Below the pieces are notes generated by a model, which had not been told where the DNA came from, made no database searches, and saw nothing but the letters and a program-made list of their open reading frames with translations. A program made the translations under genes and the position numbers. From the NCBI GenBank assembly GCA_947628135.1, contig CANQYT010000003.1, positions 3,387 to 67,386 of the forward strand: a stretch of 64,000 nt of DNA. Reading direction: 5' to 3'. The stretch is from an uncultured Clostridia bacterium (GTDB taxonomy: Bacteria; Bacillota; Clostridia; Christensenellales; CAG-314). Below are positions 16,433 through 26,183 of this stretch, in pieces (the first letter of the stretch is position 1; each line of letters begins with the position of its first letter).

Positions 16433-17788
16433 ATGAGCGGTGATTTTACCTTTTTGAAAGGCAACATCGAAACCATAATTTTGTGTTCGCTGTACAACGG
16501 CAACAAATACGGTTACGAAATTGCAAAAGAAATCAAGGAACGCACAAGCAACCGTTACGAAATAAAACAACCCACGCTCTACTCCTACCTCAAAAGGTTG
16601 GAGGAAGATGACCTGATCGTATCCTATTGGGGCGAAAATTCCAACGGCGGCCGCCGCCGCTACTACGCTCTCACCAAGACGGGCAAAGCCAACTGCGAAC
16701 AGTTTATTTCCGAATGGCAGTATCAACGCAGCGTGCTGAGCGATCTTGTGGACGGCACGGCGGAAGGTTCGGAAATATCGCAGGAAGAAGCCACACCGCT
16801 GTTCGGGCGCAGAAGTCCGAAGCGCGCAAAGAACGATCGCTATCGCGAGGAGATGGAAGAACAGGACGAGATATCTCGCCGTCTCAAAGAACTTTCGGGA
16901 ATAAGCGAAGAGACTTCGGAAGAAGCCGCCCCCGCGCCTCAACAAACGGTTCAGCAGACCGTCTCCGACAGCGTTGCCGAGGAAGAGGACGAGGACGTTC
17001 TCGAACAACTCGACGAAGAGGAAGAGCCGCCCGTTCAAACCGAAACGGAAACTCAAACGGTATCGCAAACGCAGGACGATCTTTCTCGTTTCGAAGTCAA
17101 TCAGGACAACGCGGATGTTTTCATTCAGGATTTCGACGAGCGTGCGCGCGAAGTATCCGAGAGACAATCGGCAAACGACGGCGAAAACTATCAGCACGTT
17201 CTCAACAACATAATCGGCGATCAACTCGACGGTATGCAGCAGGAAACGACCGAAACCGTCGTCACCACCGCTTACTACGAGGACAGACACGCCGCATTGG
17301 AGGACGTAGCCGACAGCCTTGCCAAAGAGGGAATACGGCTTCGCATTTACAACCACGCAACGGCAACTTACAAGTCAAAGATGCTTATACCTATGACGAA
17401 AGTACTCTGCGAGACTTCTTGGCTTACTTACGCGGTAGCCTTCGTCTACTTCGGGATATTTGCGCTTTGTTCTATGTCGGGCGGGCTTTGGATACCTTTT
17501 GTGGTGACGCTTGCCGTGTTGGCGCTCGTACCCATTGGGTTCACAATTTACGCAATTGTCGATCCCACCCGCAAAAACAAACCCGCATTCAACTTTAAGT
17601 TGTCAATGATCATCGCCTGCACCGTCTGCGCGATAATCATTCTCGGTTCGGTCGGTATAAGCGCGCTTTGCAACGTCGAATTTATTGACTTCGCTCAAAC
17701 TTCGCGCAGCATATTCATTCCGATGGGTATCGCTATACTTGTTCCGTTGTTCGTGGGCTTTTACGACGTTTTGTACAGACAGTATTAA
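16433..17788 (+). CDS. PadR-family regulator fused to an acidic linker and a C-terminal multi-TM domain
   Basis: 451 aa. The N-terminus ETIILCSLYNGNKYGYEIAKEI...PTLYSYLKRLEEDDLI is a PadR winged HTH. The middle is D/E/Q/T-rich. The last ~130 aa form about 4 hydrophobic helices. Confidence 0.85.
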   Translation: MSGDFTFLKGNIETIILCSLYNGNKYGYEIAKEIKERTSNRYEIKQPTLYSYLKRLEEDDLIVSYWGENSNGGRRRYYALTKTGKANCEQFISEWQYQRSVLSDLVDGTAEGSEISQEEATPLFGRRSPKRAKNDRYREEMEEQDEISRRLKELSGISEETSEEAAPAPQQTVQQTVSDSVAEEEDEDVLEQLDEEEEPPVQTETETQTVSQTQDDLSRFEVNQDNADVFIQDFDERAREVSERQSANDGENYQHVLNNIIGDQLDGMQQETTETVVTTAYYEDRHAALEDVADSLAKEGIRLRIYNHATATYKSKMLIPMTKVLCETSWLTYAVAFVYFGIFALCSMSGGLWIPFVVTLAVLALVPIGFTIYAIVDPTRKNKPAFNFKLSMIIACTVCAIIILGSVGISALCNVEFIDFAQTSRSIFIPMGIAILVPLFVGFYDVLYRQY

Positions 17789-17812
17789 GAGATTGCAATT
17801 AGCAAATTTGAC

Positions 17813-17843
17813 GAGTCGCCGTTTTCGGCGGCTCTCTTTTTTT
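17813..17843 (+). terminator. intrinsic terminator of the PadR-like gene
   Basis: gagtcgccg tttt cggcggctc followed by tcTTTTTTT. Confidence 0.85.
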
Positions 17844-18082
17844 GAATAGTTATCGGCGTGCTTGCCGTAAAAATTTTGCTACGGACAGGAAAATAATTAA
17901 ATCGTCGATTTTGCTTCCGCTTAACGTAATGGAGACATTTTATTGAAAATTATAATGCGCGCGCCGTTGATCGGCAGAAAACTGATTTTTCTTGGAAACG
18001 GCGCAATATTTTCGTCGTTTGTGCCAAATTGGGCGCAACGTACGGACTTCGCATCACTATCTATAAAAATATTGGCGATGTA

Positions 18083-18916
18083 TCATACTTCAATCCACTT
18101 TGCATATAGAGAAATACCGCTGTAATCTATCTTTACATAATGCTCGATAAACGCTTCGTAATTAAAGGCTTCACTTCGGTCAACTAAAATTTCCTTTCCC
18201 GTAATATCCGTATCAAAATTCCAGATATCGGTACATTCCGAATCCTTATACCATCCGCCAAACGTATAACCGTCTCTTGTCGGTTCGGGCGGTATAAATG
18301 TTATTAGGCTTTCATCATAACTATCCACCCAATAATATCCGTCATTCGGTGCATTGTCATAATTGTACATATAAGACACATTGGCAATCGAAAATTTCAG
18401 ATTGATTTGTATAAGAAATTCGTATTTTTCAACATACAAATTATATCCGTAAATAGGATTGGAGGCATCTAATAAGCTACTATTTCCAAAACTATTACCC
18501 CAATAAACAATTCTTATATCATCTTCTATGCTACCGACTGTTCCGAGTACACGCCCCATTTCTATCGGTTCAGTCGGCATAAAAAATTTTTGCAAATTAT
18601 CGCTATAAATTTCGCCGACGGAAATTTGAAAAAACCCCGTATCGAACTCATATCCAATGCCGTAAACCGCGTAACCATCTATCGTGTCGGGATAAATAAG
18701 TTCGGTTTGCTGCATTCCGCTTTCCGTAAGCCCAATCAAATATGCTTTTTGTTTGCCGCTCGGCCATGTATCCACGGCATATCTGAAATACCCGCTTTCA
18801 TATTCCGGTAATCTTTTGCGTGGAAGATCGTCTTCTGTTCTTTGACAACCCGCAAAAACTACCACACCTAAACAAAATATTATTAAGAGAATTATTGCCG
18901 AAATTATTTTTTTCAT
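18083..18916 (-). CDS. surface lipoprotein with a Listeria-Bacteroides (Flg_new-type) repeat
   Basis: 277 aa with a signal peptide plus lipobox (VVFAGC). The C-terminal DGYTFGGWYKDSECTDIWNFDTD repeat signature is present. Confidence 0.8.
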   Translation of the reverse strand: MKKIISAIILLIIFCLGVVVFAGCQRTEDDLPRKRLPEYESGYFRYAVDTWPSGKQKAYLIGLTESGMQQTELIYPDTIDGYAVYGIGYEFDTGFFQISVGEIYSDNLQKFFMPTEPIEMGRVLGTVGSIEDDIRIVYWGNSFGNSSLLDASNPIYGYNLYVEKYEFLIQINLKFSIANVSYMYNYDNAPNDGYYWVDSYDESLITFIPPEPTRDGYTFGGWYKDSECTDIWNFDTDITGKEILVDRSEAFNYEAFIEHYVKIDYSGISLYAKWIEV

Positions 18917-18953
18917 TATTTATCTGCTAACTCCTTAATCACTTAGTAACTCT

Positions 18954-18985
18954 ATTATACCCCCCCCCCTCTGTAATTTTGTCAA
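18954..18985 (-). promoter_or_regulatory. consensus sigma-A promoter whose spacer contains a G10 homopolymer
   Basis: The minus strand reads TTGACA-aaattacagaGGGGGGGGGG-TATAAT. The spacer is 20 nt, and the C10 run on the plus strand is 18960-18969. Confidence 0.65.
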
Positions 18986-19075
18986 TAATTTTTGTTTTTT
19001 TCGGTATCTTTTTTATTGCCGCCGGCATAACCGTTTACGCATTGGCGCAAATCAAAGAAAATCGCACAAAACCCT

Positions 19076-20224
19076 CTACACGGTAATTGTTTCGACGTTT
19101 GCAAGCGCCTCGTCAATAAGTGCCGACACGTTCAAGGCGCTTTCCACCTTCAATACGTTTTCGATTCGCGGCTTTGTCACCGGACGTTTGGGCAAAAATA
19201 TCGTACAACAGTCCTCGTAGGGCAATATGGACGTTTCAAACGTGCCGATTTTTTGCGCGATTTCGATTATCTCGTCTTTGTCGAAGCCGATAAGCGGACG
19301 AAAAACGGGTATAGTTGCTACGGAATTGGTGCTGGTGATGCTTTCCAACGTCTGACTTGCCACCTGTCCGAGGCTTTCTCCCGTGATAACTGCGCCCGCA
19401 CCGTGCATTCTTGCAATACGCTCCGCTATGCGCATCATAAAACGGCGCATAATGGTTATCATATATTCCTCAGGACATTTTTCGTGTATGGCTGTTTGTA
19501 TTTCGGTAAAACGTACCACGTCCACCGTCAAATGCAAGGCGTACTTTTTGACTATGCGCGCAAGATCCAGCACTTTTTGCTTTGCTTGCATACTCGTATA
19601 CGGAAAACTGTGAAAGTGTATCGCGCGCAACGTCATTCCGCGTTTTGCCATCATATACGCGGCTACGGGGCTGTCGATACCTCCGGAAAGCATCACCACT
19701 CCTTTGCCGCCAGTGCCCACGGGCATACCGTTTACCGCTTTTATTGTGTCCGCGTACACGAAAGTTTTGCCGTTTTCGCGAATATCCACGGAGACAACGT
19801 TGTCGGGTTCGTACAAATCCACTTTCAAATCGGGGTGCGCCTGCAAAATGTCTCCGCCCACCTCCGCCGAAACCTGCATAGAGGTCATCGGAAAACGTTT
19901 GTCGGCGCGGTTGGTGTTCACTTTGAAAGTGCCGCTTACCGGCGCGATATTTACCGCCGCGGCGGAAATAAATTTCAGGTCGGACGGAACTTCTTCCGCA
20001 ACGCTAAGCGAATGTACGCCGAAAACGTTTTTTATTGCGTCTATCATATCTTCCAAACGCGTTTCGTCGAAATTGCGTATTACGTAACGCGCGTTACTGC
20101 GAGAAAATTCGTATTGGAAATCTCGCAAAACCGTCTTGATATTGGATACAAGCGCGCTTTCGAAAAATTCTCTGTTGTTGCCTTTGAGATGTATCTCTGA
20201 GTATCTGATGATGATAACTTTCAT
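19076..20224 (-). CDS. thiI: tRNA 4-thiouridine synthase ThiI
   Basis: 382 aa with an N-terminal ferredoxin-like/THUMP region (IIRYSEIHLKGNNR). The PP-loop is MLSGGIDSPVAA. Confidence 0.93.
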   Translation of the reverse strand: MKVIIIRYSEIHLKGNNREFFESALVSNIKTVLRDFQYEFSRSNARYVIRNFDETRLEDMIDAIKNVFGVHSLSVAEEVPSDLKFISAAAVNIAPVSGTFKVNTNRADKRFPMTSMQVSAEVGGDILQAHPDLKVDLYEPDNVVSVDIRENGKTFVYADTIKAVNGMPVGTGGKGVVMLSGGIDSPVAAYMMAKRGMTLRAIHFHSFPYTSMQAKQKVLDLARIVKKYALHLTVDVVRFTEIQTAIHEKCPEEYMITIMRRFMMRIAERIARMHGAGAVITGESLGQVASQTLESITSTNSVATIPVFRPLIGFDKDEIIEIAQKIGTFETSILPYEDCCTIFLPKRPVTKPRIENVLKVESALNVSALIDEALANVETITV

Positions 20225-20250
20225 TTTGCCCTCTTTTTTTGTCCGTTTTG

Positions 20251-21429
20251 CTAACCGAGCATAGTGCTGCGCAGTTCTACAACGTATTTAGCCAACTTTT
20301 CGGCGAGCAAGCGCACTTCTTCCTCGGTGTTGTATTTGGAAAAACTGATACGCACTATTCCTTCCGCATAATTGTCGTCGAGACCTATTGCTTTTGCGAT
20401 TCGGCTTTGTTTTTTCTTGGAACTGCAAGCCGAACCCGTGCCTATCACAATGCCGTCGCTTTCGAGCATACGCAATAGCACTTCGCCTCTTATGTCGGCA
20501 AACGCCAACGACATAATCGCAGGCGACGCGTCGCGCTGGCAGTTTTCCCTCCAAGAAGTTATACCGCTCAGTCCGTCGCGTATTATTTGCTTGTACCGCG
20601 TAAAAGTTTCGGCGTTTCGCTCAACGTTTGCCACCGCTCTCTCAACGGCAACGGACAACGCCGCAATGCCGCCCACGTATTCCGTGCCCGAGCGAATGCC
20701 TTTTTCCTGTCCGCCTCCGAAAACAGTCGGCGCAAGTCTGAATCCGTCGCGCACATACAATGCGCCTATACCTTTGGAACAATGAATTTTGTGTCCCGCA
20801 AATGAATACAGATCCACGCCCAGATGCCGCAAATTGACGGGAATTTTTCCTACCGCTTGCACTCCGTCGGAAAATGTCACGGTTTTCGGATTGCGCGCTT
20901 TTACAAGAGTGTTTAGGAGTCGCACGTCGTTGATCGCACCCGTCTCATTGTTTACGTGCATAAAACACGCAAGCAACGTTTCGCCGTCCACTTTGGAAAC
21001 AAAGTCGTCTTTATCAATATGTCCGTCCGACAAAACGCGCGCATATCTGACTTCGTATCCGCGATTGGAAAGTTCGGATACCGCATTGTACACCGCCGCG
21101 TGTTCGGAAGCGGTCACAACAACGTTGCCGCGCTTGGCACGCAACGACCCGAAGATAGCAAGATTGTCCGCCTCCGTGCCGCCCGAAGTGAAGAATATCT
21201 CGCCGCCGCCTGCGTTGAGCGACTTGGCAATTTTTTTGCGTGCCGCCGTTATCTCGTTTGCAATTTGCAAACTGTACGTACTACGTGCCGACGGATTGAA
21301 GTAGTCCGTCGTATGAAACCGAACGATAAGTTCCGCTATGTCGTCGTCAACTCTCGTCGTTGCGCAGTTGTCGAAGTAATGTACTGCCGTCAATTTCTTT
21401 TCCCCTCTATTTGCCGCAATAATGCCCAT
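20251..21429 (-). CDS. nifS: cysteine desulfurase (NifS/IscS family)
   Basis: YFDNCATT, the PLP-Lys region SFAGHKIHCSKG and the active-site loop GSACSS are present. The ATG at 21429 lacks an SD. A TTG at 21393 preceded by agaGGGGAA is an alternative start. Confidence 0.9.
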   Translation of the reverse strand: MGIIAANRGEKKLTAVHYFDNCATTRVDDDIAELIVRFHTTDYFNPSARSTYSLQIANEITAARKKIAKSLNAGGGEIFFTSGGTEADNLAIFGSLRAKRGNVVVTASEHAAVYNAVSELSNRGYEVRYARVLSDGHIDKDDFVSKVDGETLLACFMHVNNETGAINDVRLLNTLVKARNPKTVTFSDGVQAVGKIPVNLRHLGVDLYSFAGHKIHCSKGIGALYVRDGFRLAPTVFGGGQEKGIRSGTEYVGGIAALSVAVERAVANVERNAETFTRYKQIIRDGLSGITSWRENCQRDASPAIMSLAFADIRGEVLLRMLESDGIVIGTGSACSSKKKQSRIAKAIGLDDNYAEGIVRISFSKYNTEEEVRLLAEKLAKYVVELRSTMLG

Positions 21430-21466
21430 TTCAAAGGCATTTTCGACTTATGTTGTGTCTGAAACT

Positions 21467-21487
21467 ATACTATGTTTGAAATAGTAC
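21467..21487. promoter_or_regulatory. palindromic motif site S3 (ATACTAT-gtttgaa-ATAGTAc)
   Basis: It has the same arms as S1/S2 with a different spacer. It lies about 40 nt upstream of the nifS ATG. Confidence 0.5.
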
Positions 21488-21519
21488 TCTCTATTTTGCC
21501 GATTTTTGTAGTAATTCCG

Positions 21520-23892
21520 TTATTTCAACGTAATAACGGTCACGCCGCTTTCACCCTCGCCGTATACCCCAAGACGAAATTCAGCAACGTTTGGATGATG
21601 ACGGAAGTGTTCGTGTAATCCCGTGCGCAGTCTGCCCGTTCCGTTGCCGTGTATCACGGTGATTTGTTTCAGTCCCGAAGTCACCGCCGCGTCGATAAAT
21701 TCGTCTACTTCCGCTACCGCTTCGCCCACCGTTTTGCCTATCAGGTTGATTTCCGTCCCGATCGTGCGTGTATTCAGTTGCGTTTTCGAGTTGGTCCAGC
21801 CGTAAACGCGATTCTTTTTTGCGGGTTCGGCAACGCAGTAGTACAGATCGTCGCATTTGACTTCCGTCGTTATTCCCCCGCAACGGATCTTTATTCGATT
21901 TTTGTCGCGTATTTCTTCAACGCGCGCCTGTACGCCCAATCGGCGGGAATACACCGCGTCGCCCGTTTTCAGTTTGTCGAAGTCGATTTTATCTCCCGTA
22001 AAAATTACGTTTTCCTCTGCCTGTTCTTTCGTGACTACGTTGTCAAGTTGTTTTGCGGCGTTGCGCGCGGCAAACAAGTCTCTGTCGGAAATATTCTCTT
22101 TCGTTAGCAGCGATTTGATTTCGTCCACTATTTCCGCCGCGTCCGCTTTTGCCTTGGCGACGATTTTTTTCGCTTCCTCGCGAGAGCCTGCAAGCAGTTT
22201 TTCTCGTTCGTCCCGCAAACTGCCGTTGAGTTTTGTCGTTTTTTCCTTCTCCGCTTGCAACTCTTTATATTCTTCGGCGACTGCGGCAGACTTGGCTTCG
22301 TATTCTTTACGTATTTCGTCCGCGTTTTGCAAAACGCGCTCAAACGCAAGTTTTTCCTCCGATACGTTTGCCCGCGCAAATTCTATCACGTCTTGACGCA
22401 GTCCCAGTTTGGAGGCTATCGCTATCGCGTTGGAACTACCGGGAACGCCCATTATCAGGCGGTAGGTGGGAGCAAGCGTTTGCAGATCGAACTCCATAGA
22501 GGCATTTTCCACGCGAGGCGTAGAAAGCGAATATTCTTTGAGCGCGCCGTAGTGAGTGGTTATCACGCATTTTGCGCCGCTCTTCCTCAAACAGTCCGTG
22601 ATAGCAAGCGCCAAAGCCGAGCCTTCGTTAGGTTCTGTTCCCGCGCCTACTTCGTCTATCAGCACGAGGTCTCCCTTGCCGCAGGTGTTGAGAATATCCC
22701 TCAGATTGGATATATGCCCCGAAAACGTGGACAGATTTTGCTCAATGCTTTGCTCGTCGCCTATGTCGCAAAGAACGTCCTCGAAAAAGGACGCGACGCT
22801 TTCTTCGCGGCAGGGCAGAAAAAGTCCGCTCATTGCCATAAGGCACAACAGCCCCACTGTTTTGAGCGTAACGGTTTTGCCGCCCGTATTCGGACCTGTC
22901 ACCACTATCACGTCGTAGTCGTCGCCTAATTTCACGGAGATAGGCACAACGCGGCGTTTGTCCAAAAGCGGGTGTCTCGCGTCCTTGAAGTCCACAACGC
23001 CCCTGTCGTTAAGTATCGGCAAAGCGCATTTGTTTTCCAATGCGTATTTTACCTTGGAAAAAATCACGTCAACGTCCGTTACCGTGTCCACAGAAGCCGC
23101 GATACGGTCGGCAACGGGAGAAATTCTGTCCGTAAAAGCCTGCAAAATGCGTTGAATTTCCGCCCGCTCGTCCAACATCGCTTCTCTGAGCGAATTGTTC
23201 AACTGAACGATAGCCAACGGCTCTATGAACACCGTCGCGCCCGTGGCGGATTGGTCGTGTACGATTCCCGCAACAAAACTTTTGAATTCCTGTTTGACGG
23301 GAATGACGTACCTGTCGCCGCGCATTGTCACAATGGCGTCCTGCAAGTACTTGGACATTTCGCCGTTTTTCGTGTAACTTTGAAGTTTTTGCTTTATGTC
23401 GGCGTTTATGCCTTTGATACGCTTACGTATTGCAAACAGTTCGTCGGAGGCCTTGTCGTTCATTTCCTCATCGGATAGTATCGCAAAGTCGATGTCCTCT
23501 TCCAACTGCTTGTCGGTATACAGCGCGTAAGCCTTTGCTTGCAGCAGAGAAACGTCTATTCCGTAGTCTTTCAACAGCGACGCTTGCAAGTACCGCGCCG
23601 TACGCAGCACACGCATAACTTGCAGTAACTGTTTCATAGACAGGCAAGCGCCCACGCGTGCAAGCGCGCAGGTTTCCGAAACGTCGTCTACCGACAGATC
23701 GAAGGACGTTTCGAAACGAAACAGATCGTACGCCTGCTTAGTCTCTTCCATCAATTGTTGCGCCGTTGCAAAATCGTTTGCGGGCAACAGTTTTCGCGTT
23801 TTCTCCTTGGCAAGACTGCTTATGCAAAACGCAGAGATGTCCTGCAAGATGTCGAAATATTGAAGTTTGTAAAGCGTTTTTTCGTTTATCAT
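21520..23892 (-). CDS. mutS2: endonuclease MutS2 (with Smr domain)
   Basis: 790 aa with Walker A GPNTGGKT, a long coiled-coil and a C-terminal Smr (VIHGNGTGRLR). Confidence 0.95.
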   Translation of the reverse strand: MINEKTLYKLQYFDILQDISAFCISSLAKEKTRKLLPANDFATAQQLMEETKQAYDLFRFETSFDLSVDDVSETCALARVGACLSMKQLLQVMRVLRTARYLQASLLKDYGIDVSLLQAKAYALYTDKQLEEDIDFAILSDEEMNDKASDELFAIRKRIKGINADIKQKLQSYTKNGEMSKYLQDAIVTMRGDRYVIPVKQEFKSFVAGIVHDQSATGATVFIEPLAIVQLNNSLREAMLDERAEIQRILQAFTDRISPVADRIAASVDTVTDVDVIFSKVKYALENKCALPILNDRGVVDFKDARHPLLDKRRVVPISVKLGDDYDVIVVTGPNTGGKTVTLKTVGLLCLMAMSGLFLPCREESVASFFEDVLCDIGDEQSIEQNLSTFSGHISNLRDILNTCGKGDLVLIDEVGAGTEPNEGSALALAITDCLRKSGAKCVITTHYGALKEYSLSTPRVENASMEFDLQTLAPTYRLIMGVPGSSNAIAIASKLGLRQDVIEFARANVSEEKLAFERVLQNADEIRKEYEAKSAAVAEEYKELQAEKEKTTKLNGSLRDEREKLLAGSREEAKKIVAKAKADAAEIVDEIKSLLTKENISDRDLFAARNAAKQLDNVVTKEQAEENVIFTGDKIDFDKLKTGDAVYSRRLGVQARVEEIRDKNRIKIRCGGITTEVKCDDLYYCVAEPAKKNRVYGWTNSKTQLNTRTIGTEINLIGKTVGEAVAEVDEFIDAAVTSGLKQITVIHGNGTGRLRTGLHEHFRHHPNVAEFRLGVYGEGESGVTVITLK

Positions 23893-23915
23893 AGTTTTTT
23901 ACGGCAACAGTAATT

Positions 23916-26174
23916 TCAGTTTACTTTGTCAAAAAGTCTGCCTTTTGTGTATGGCGCGCGTTCAACGTAACCGTCGTCTGTGCCCGCATTGATATTGGCA
24001 TAATGACGGGCAACCGCCTCGTCGCAATCTATCAGATACCTGCCCGGGCGTTTCAGCCTGCCCGCCGCGGATAACTTTTTCCCGTTCGTCAACTCGAAAG
24101 TACACGTTTGACCTTTGCGCCGCACTATCGCAAATTCGTTGCCCTGCTCGTCGCGGTAGCGTATGGGCGGAACTTTCTCGCAATCCCCGCAGCGGAACGC
24201 TCTCCCGCTCGTTTCGCCGTACAGCAATTTGTACGGACAGTGGACCAATTTCATCAAAGTAATACTTCCGTCCACGAAAATCAGCCCGTCTCTTCTTGCG
24301 AAACGCGACGTTTCCGCAACAGTCAGTTCCTGCGAATATACAAACGTTTCCGCGTCGGAGAATTGTTCCGCTATCCAATCGTTGTAGATGTTGAGTCCGC
24401 TTCCCGCGACGTACTTCGAACCGAATACTCTTGCAAGTTCCACCTGCCCCACGTTGTGACACACGACCGACGGACGAAACTTTTCAAACAGATCTCGCAC
24501 GTATTGCGAACGGTAAAAACTCGGCAGATCCACGTACGCTTTGTAGCGCGCCGCCGTGCGAAATTCCTTTTCCGACAATTCGGACGGTTTGTATATAAGC
24601 AATTGAGCAAACTCTTTCGCCTTTTCAAGTTCTTGTTCCGTCTTGCAGATGACGGCAACCATCGGCTCGCCGCCTTTTGACGCGGGCGCGCTCGGCTCGA
24701 CGACGGACAAATTTGCATTGCGGCGACAAGTAAATCGTTCGTTGTAGCGTCTTACCACAGCCCGTTTCAATTCGTTCAACACCTGCCTGCGCAGAGCGTT
24801 TATTTGCGACTTTGCAAGGAAAATCTTGCCGATTTTTATATCTATGTCACAAATAGTAAAACACGAATCGCCGCTTTTTCGTAGTTGTTCGGCTATTTCC
24901 GATTGCGTTGACGGGCTGTTCACAGCGGACGGTATTTTGTAATCGGAGAATATTTCCGCTTGCGCACCGCCGCATTCGGCAAACACTCGCGCGTATTCGT
25001 TCGGTTGCGCCTCGAAAACAACCTTTGCAGACAACGTTCTGCGCCGAGAAAGTATTTCCGCGTTTAGTTTGACGGAAGTCGTCCTACGCGCTTCCAAGCC
25101 GTCCCGCACCGCTTTGCCGAACTCCGCCGTCACGTATTCCGTTCCGCTTGACGTTGCCACTGCGCCGCACACTTCCGAGCCGTTGTCGAAAATTTTGAAA
25201 CAGTCGCCCTTGCACACGGGGACTCTGCACCGCAGTCCTTTGCCCTGCACCGTTGCCGCGGCAACTCCCGCGTGACTCTGACAGAGGGGCGAAATTATTT
25301 CCGTGTTGCCCCCTGCAAGGTAACTCAATCGGGACATATCTCTGTTGTAAATTTCCGCAAGGTCGCGCTCGTTGGTTTCGTCGCACCGAAAACCGTTGTC
25401 AAACAGTTCTCTGTAAACCTTGGAAGTCACTCCCGCATATTCCGCACGGCGGTTTCGTCCCTCTATTTTGTAAACGGACACGCCCGCTTTGTCCAACAGA
25501 GGGGCTACGGTCGCGCCGCACAGATCACGCGCGGACAGAAAATATCCCTTTTTCCCGTCGGCAAAATACAATTTGCGGCAGGGTTGCGCGCACAAACCTC
25601 TGTTGCCGCTGTTGCCGCCCACCATTGCGGAAAACAGGCACTGCCCCGATTGGCAAACGCACGTTGCGCCGTGAATGAAAAATTCGGTGTTTATACCCGT
25701 TGCGACTACCTGCTCTATGTCGTCCAGCGAACTCTCCCTTGCGCACACGACTGTCGTCGCGCCGCACTTTTTCACAAACTCCGCGCCGTATCCGTCGTGA
25801 ACGTTCAGTTGGGTGCTTGCGACAACGTCGAAAGGTTTCGGCAAACGCGCGGCAAGCGCCATCAGCGCAAGATCCGTCACAATGACCCCGTCGGCGTTGC
25901 TTACGTAAATTTTTTTAAGCAAATCGACTGCGCTTGAAAATTCGTCGTTTTTTACGGACGTATTGAGCGCGACGTACACTTTTACGCCGTACAAATGGCA
26001 ATAGTCGACCCATTCCGCAAGATTTTCCTGCGTAAAATTGGGCGCTTTCATTCGGGCGTTGAAACTTTCCAGCCCCAAGTATACCGAGTCACAGCCGTTG
26101 TTGACGGCGGCAACCAACTGTCCCGCATCCCCTGCGGGAGCAAGTATTTCTCTGTGTTTTTCCGGCATTGACAT
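23916..26174 (-). CDS. U32-family peptidase, long form
   Basis: 752 aa. The N-terminal U32 signature region is EILAPAGD...DSVYLG...FNAR...YVALNT. Confidence 0.85.
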   Translation of the reverse strand: MSMPEKHREILAPAGDAGQLVAAVNNGCDSVYLGLESFNARMKAPNFTQENLAEWVDYCHLYGVKVYVALNTSVKNDEFSSAVDLLKKIYVSNADGVIVTDLALMALAARLPKPFDVVASTQLNVHDGYGAEFVKKCGATTVVCARESSLDDIEQVVATGINTEFFIHGATCVCQSGQCLFSAMVGGNSGNRGLCAQPCRKLYFADGKKGYFLSARDLCGATVAPLLDKAGVSVYKIEGRNRRAEYAGVTSKVYRELFDNGFRCDETNERDLAEIYNRDMSRLSYLAGGNTEIISPLCQSHAGVAAATVQGKGLRCRVPVCKGDCFKIFDNGSEVCGAVATSSGTEYVTAEFGKAVRDGLEARRTTSVKLNAEILSRRRTLSAKVVFEAQPNEYARVFAECGGAQAEIFSDYKIPSAVNSPSTQSEIAEQLRKSGDSCFTICDIDIKIGKIFLAKSQINALRRQVLNELKRAVVRRYNERFTCRRNANLSVVEPSAPASKGGEPMVAVICKTEQELEKAKEFAQLLIYKPSELSEKEFRTAARYKAYVDLPSFYRSQYVRDLFEKFRPSVVCHNVGQVELARVFGSKYVAGSGLNIYNDWIAEQFSDAETFVYSQELTVAETSRFARRDGLIFVDGSITLMKLVHCPYKLLYGETSGRAFRCGDCEKVPPIRYRDEQGNEFAIVRRKGQTCTFELTNGKKLSAAGRLKRPGRYLIDCDEAVARHYANINAGTDDGYVERAPYTKGRLFDKVN

Positions 26175-26183
26175 ATCGGGAAA

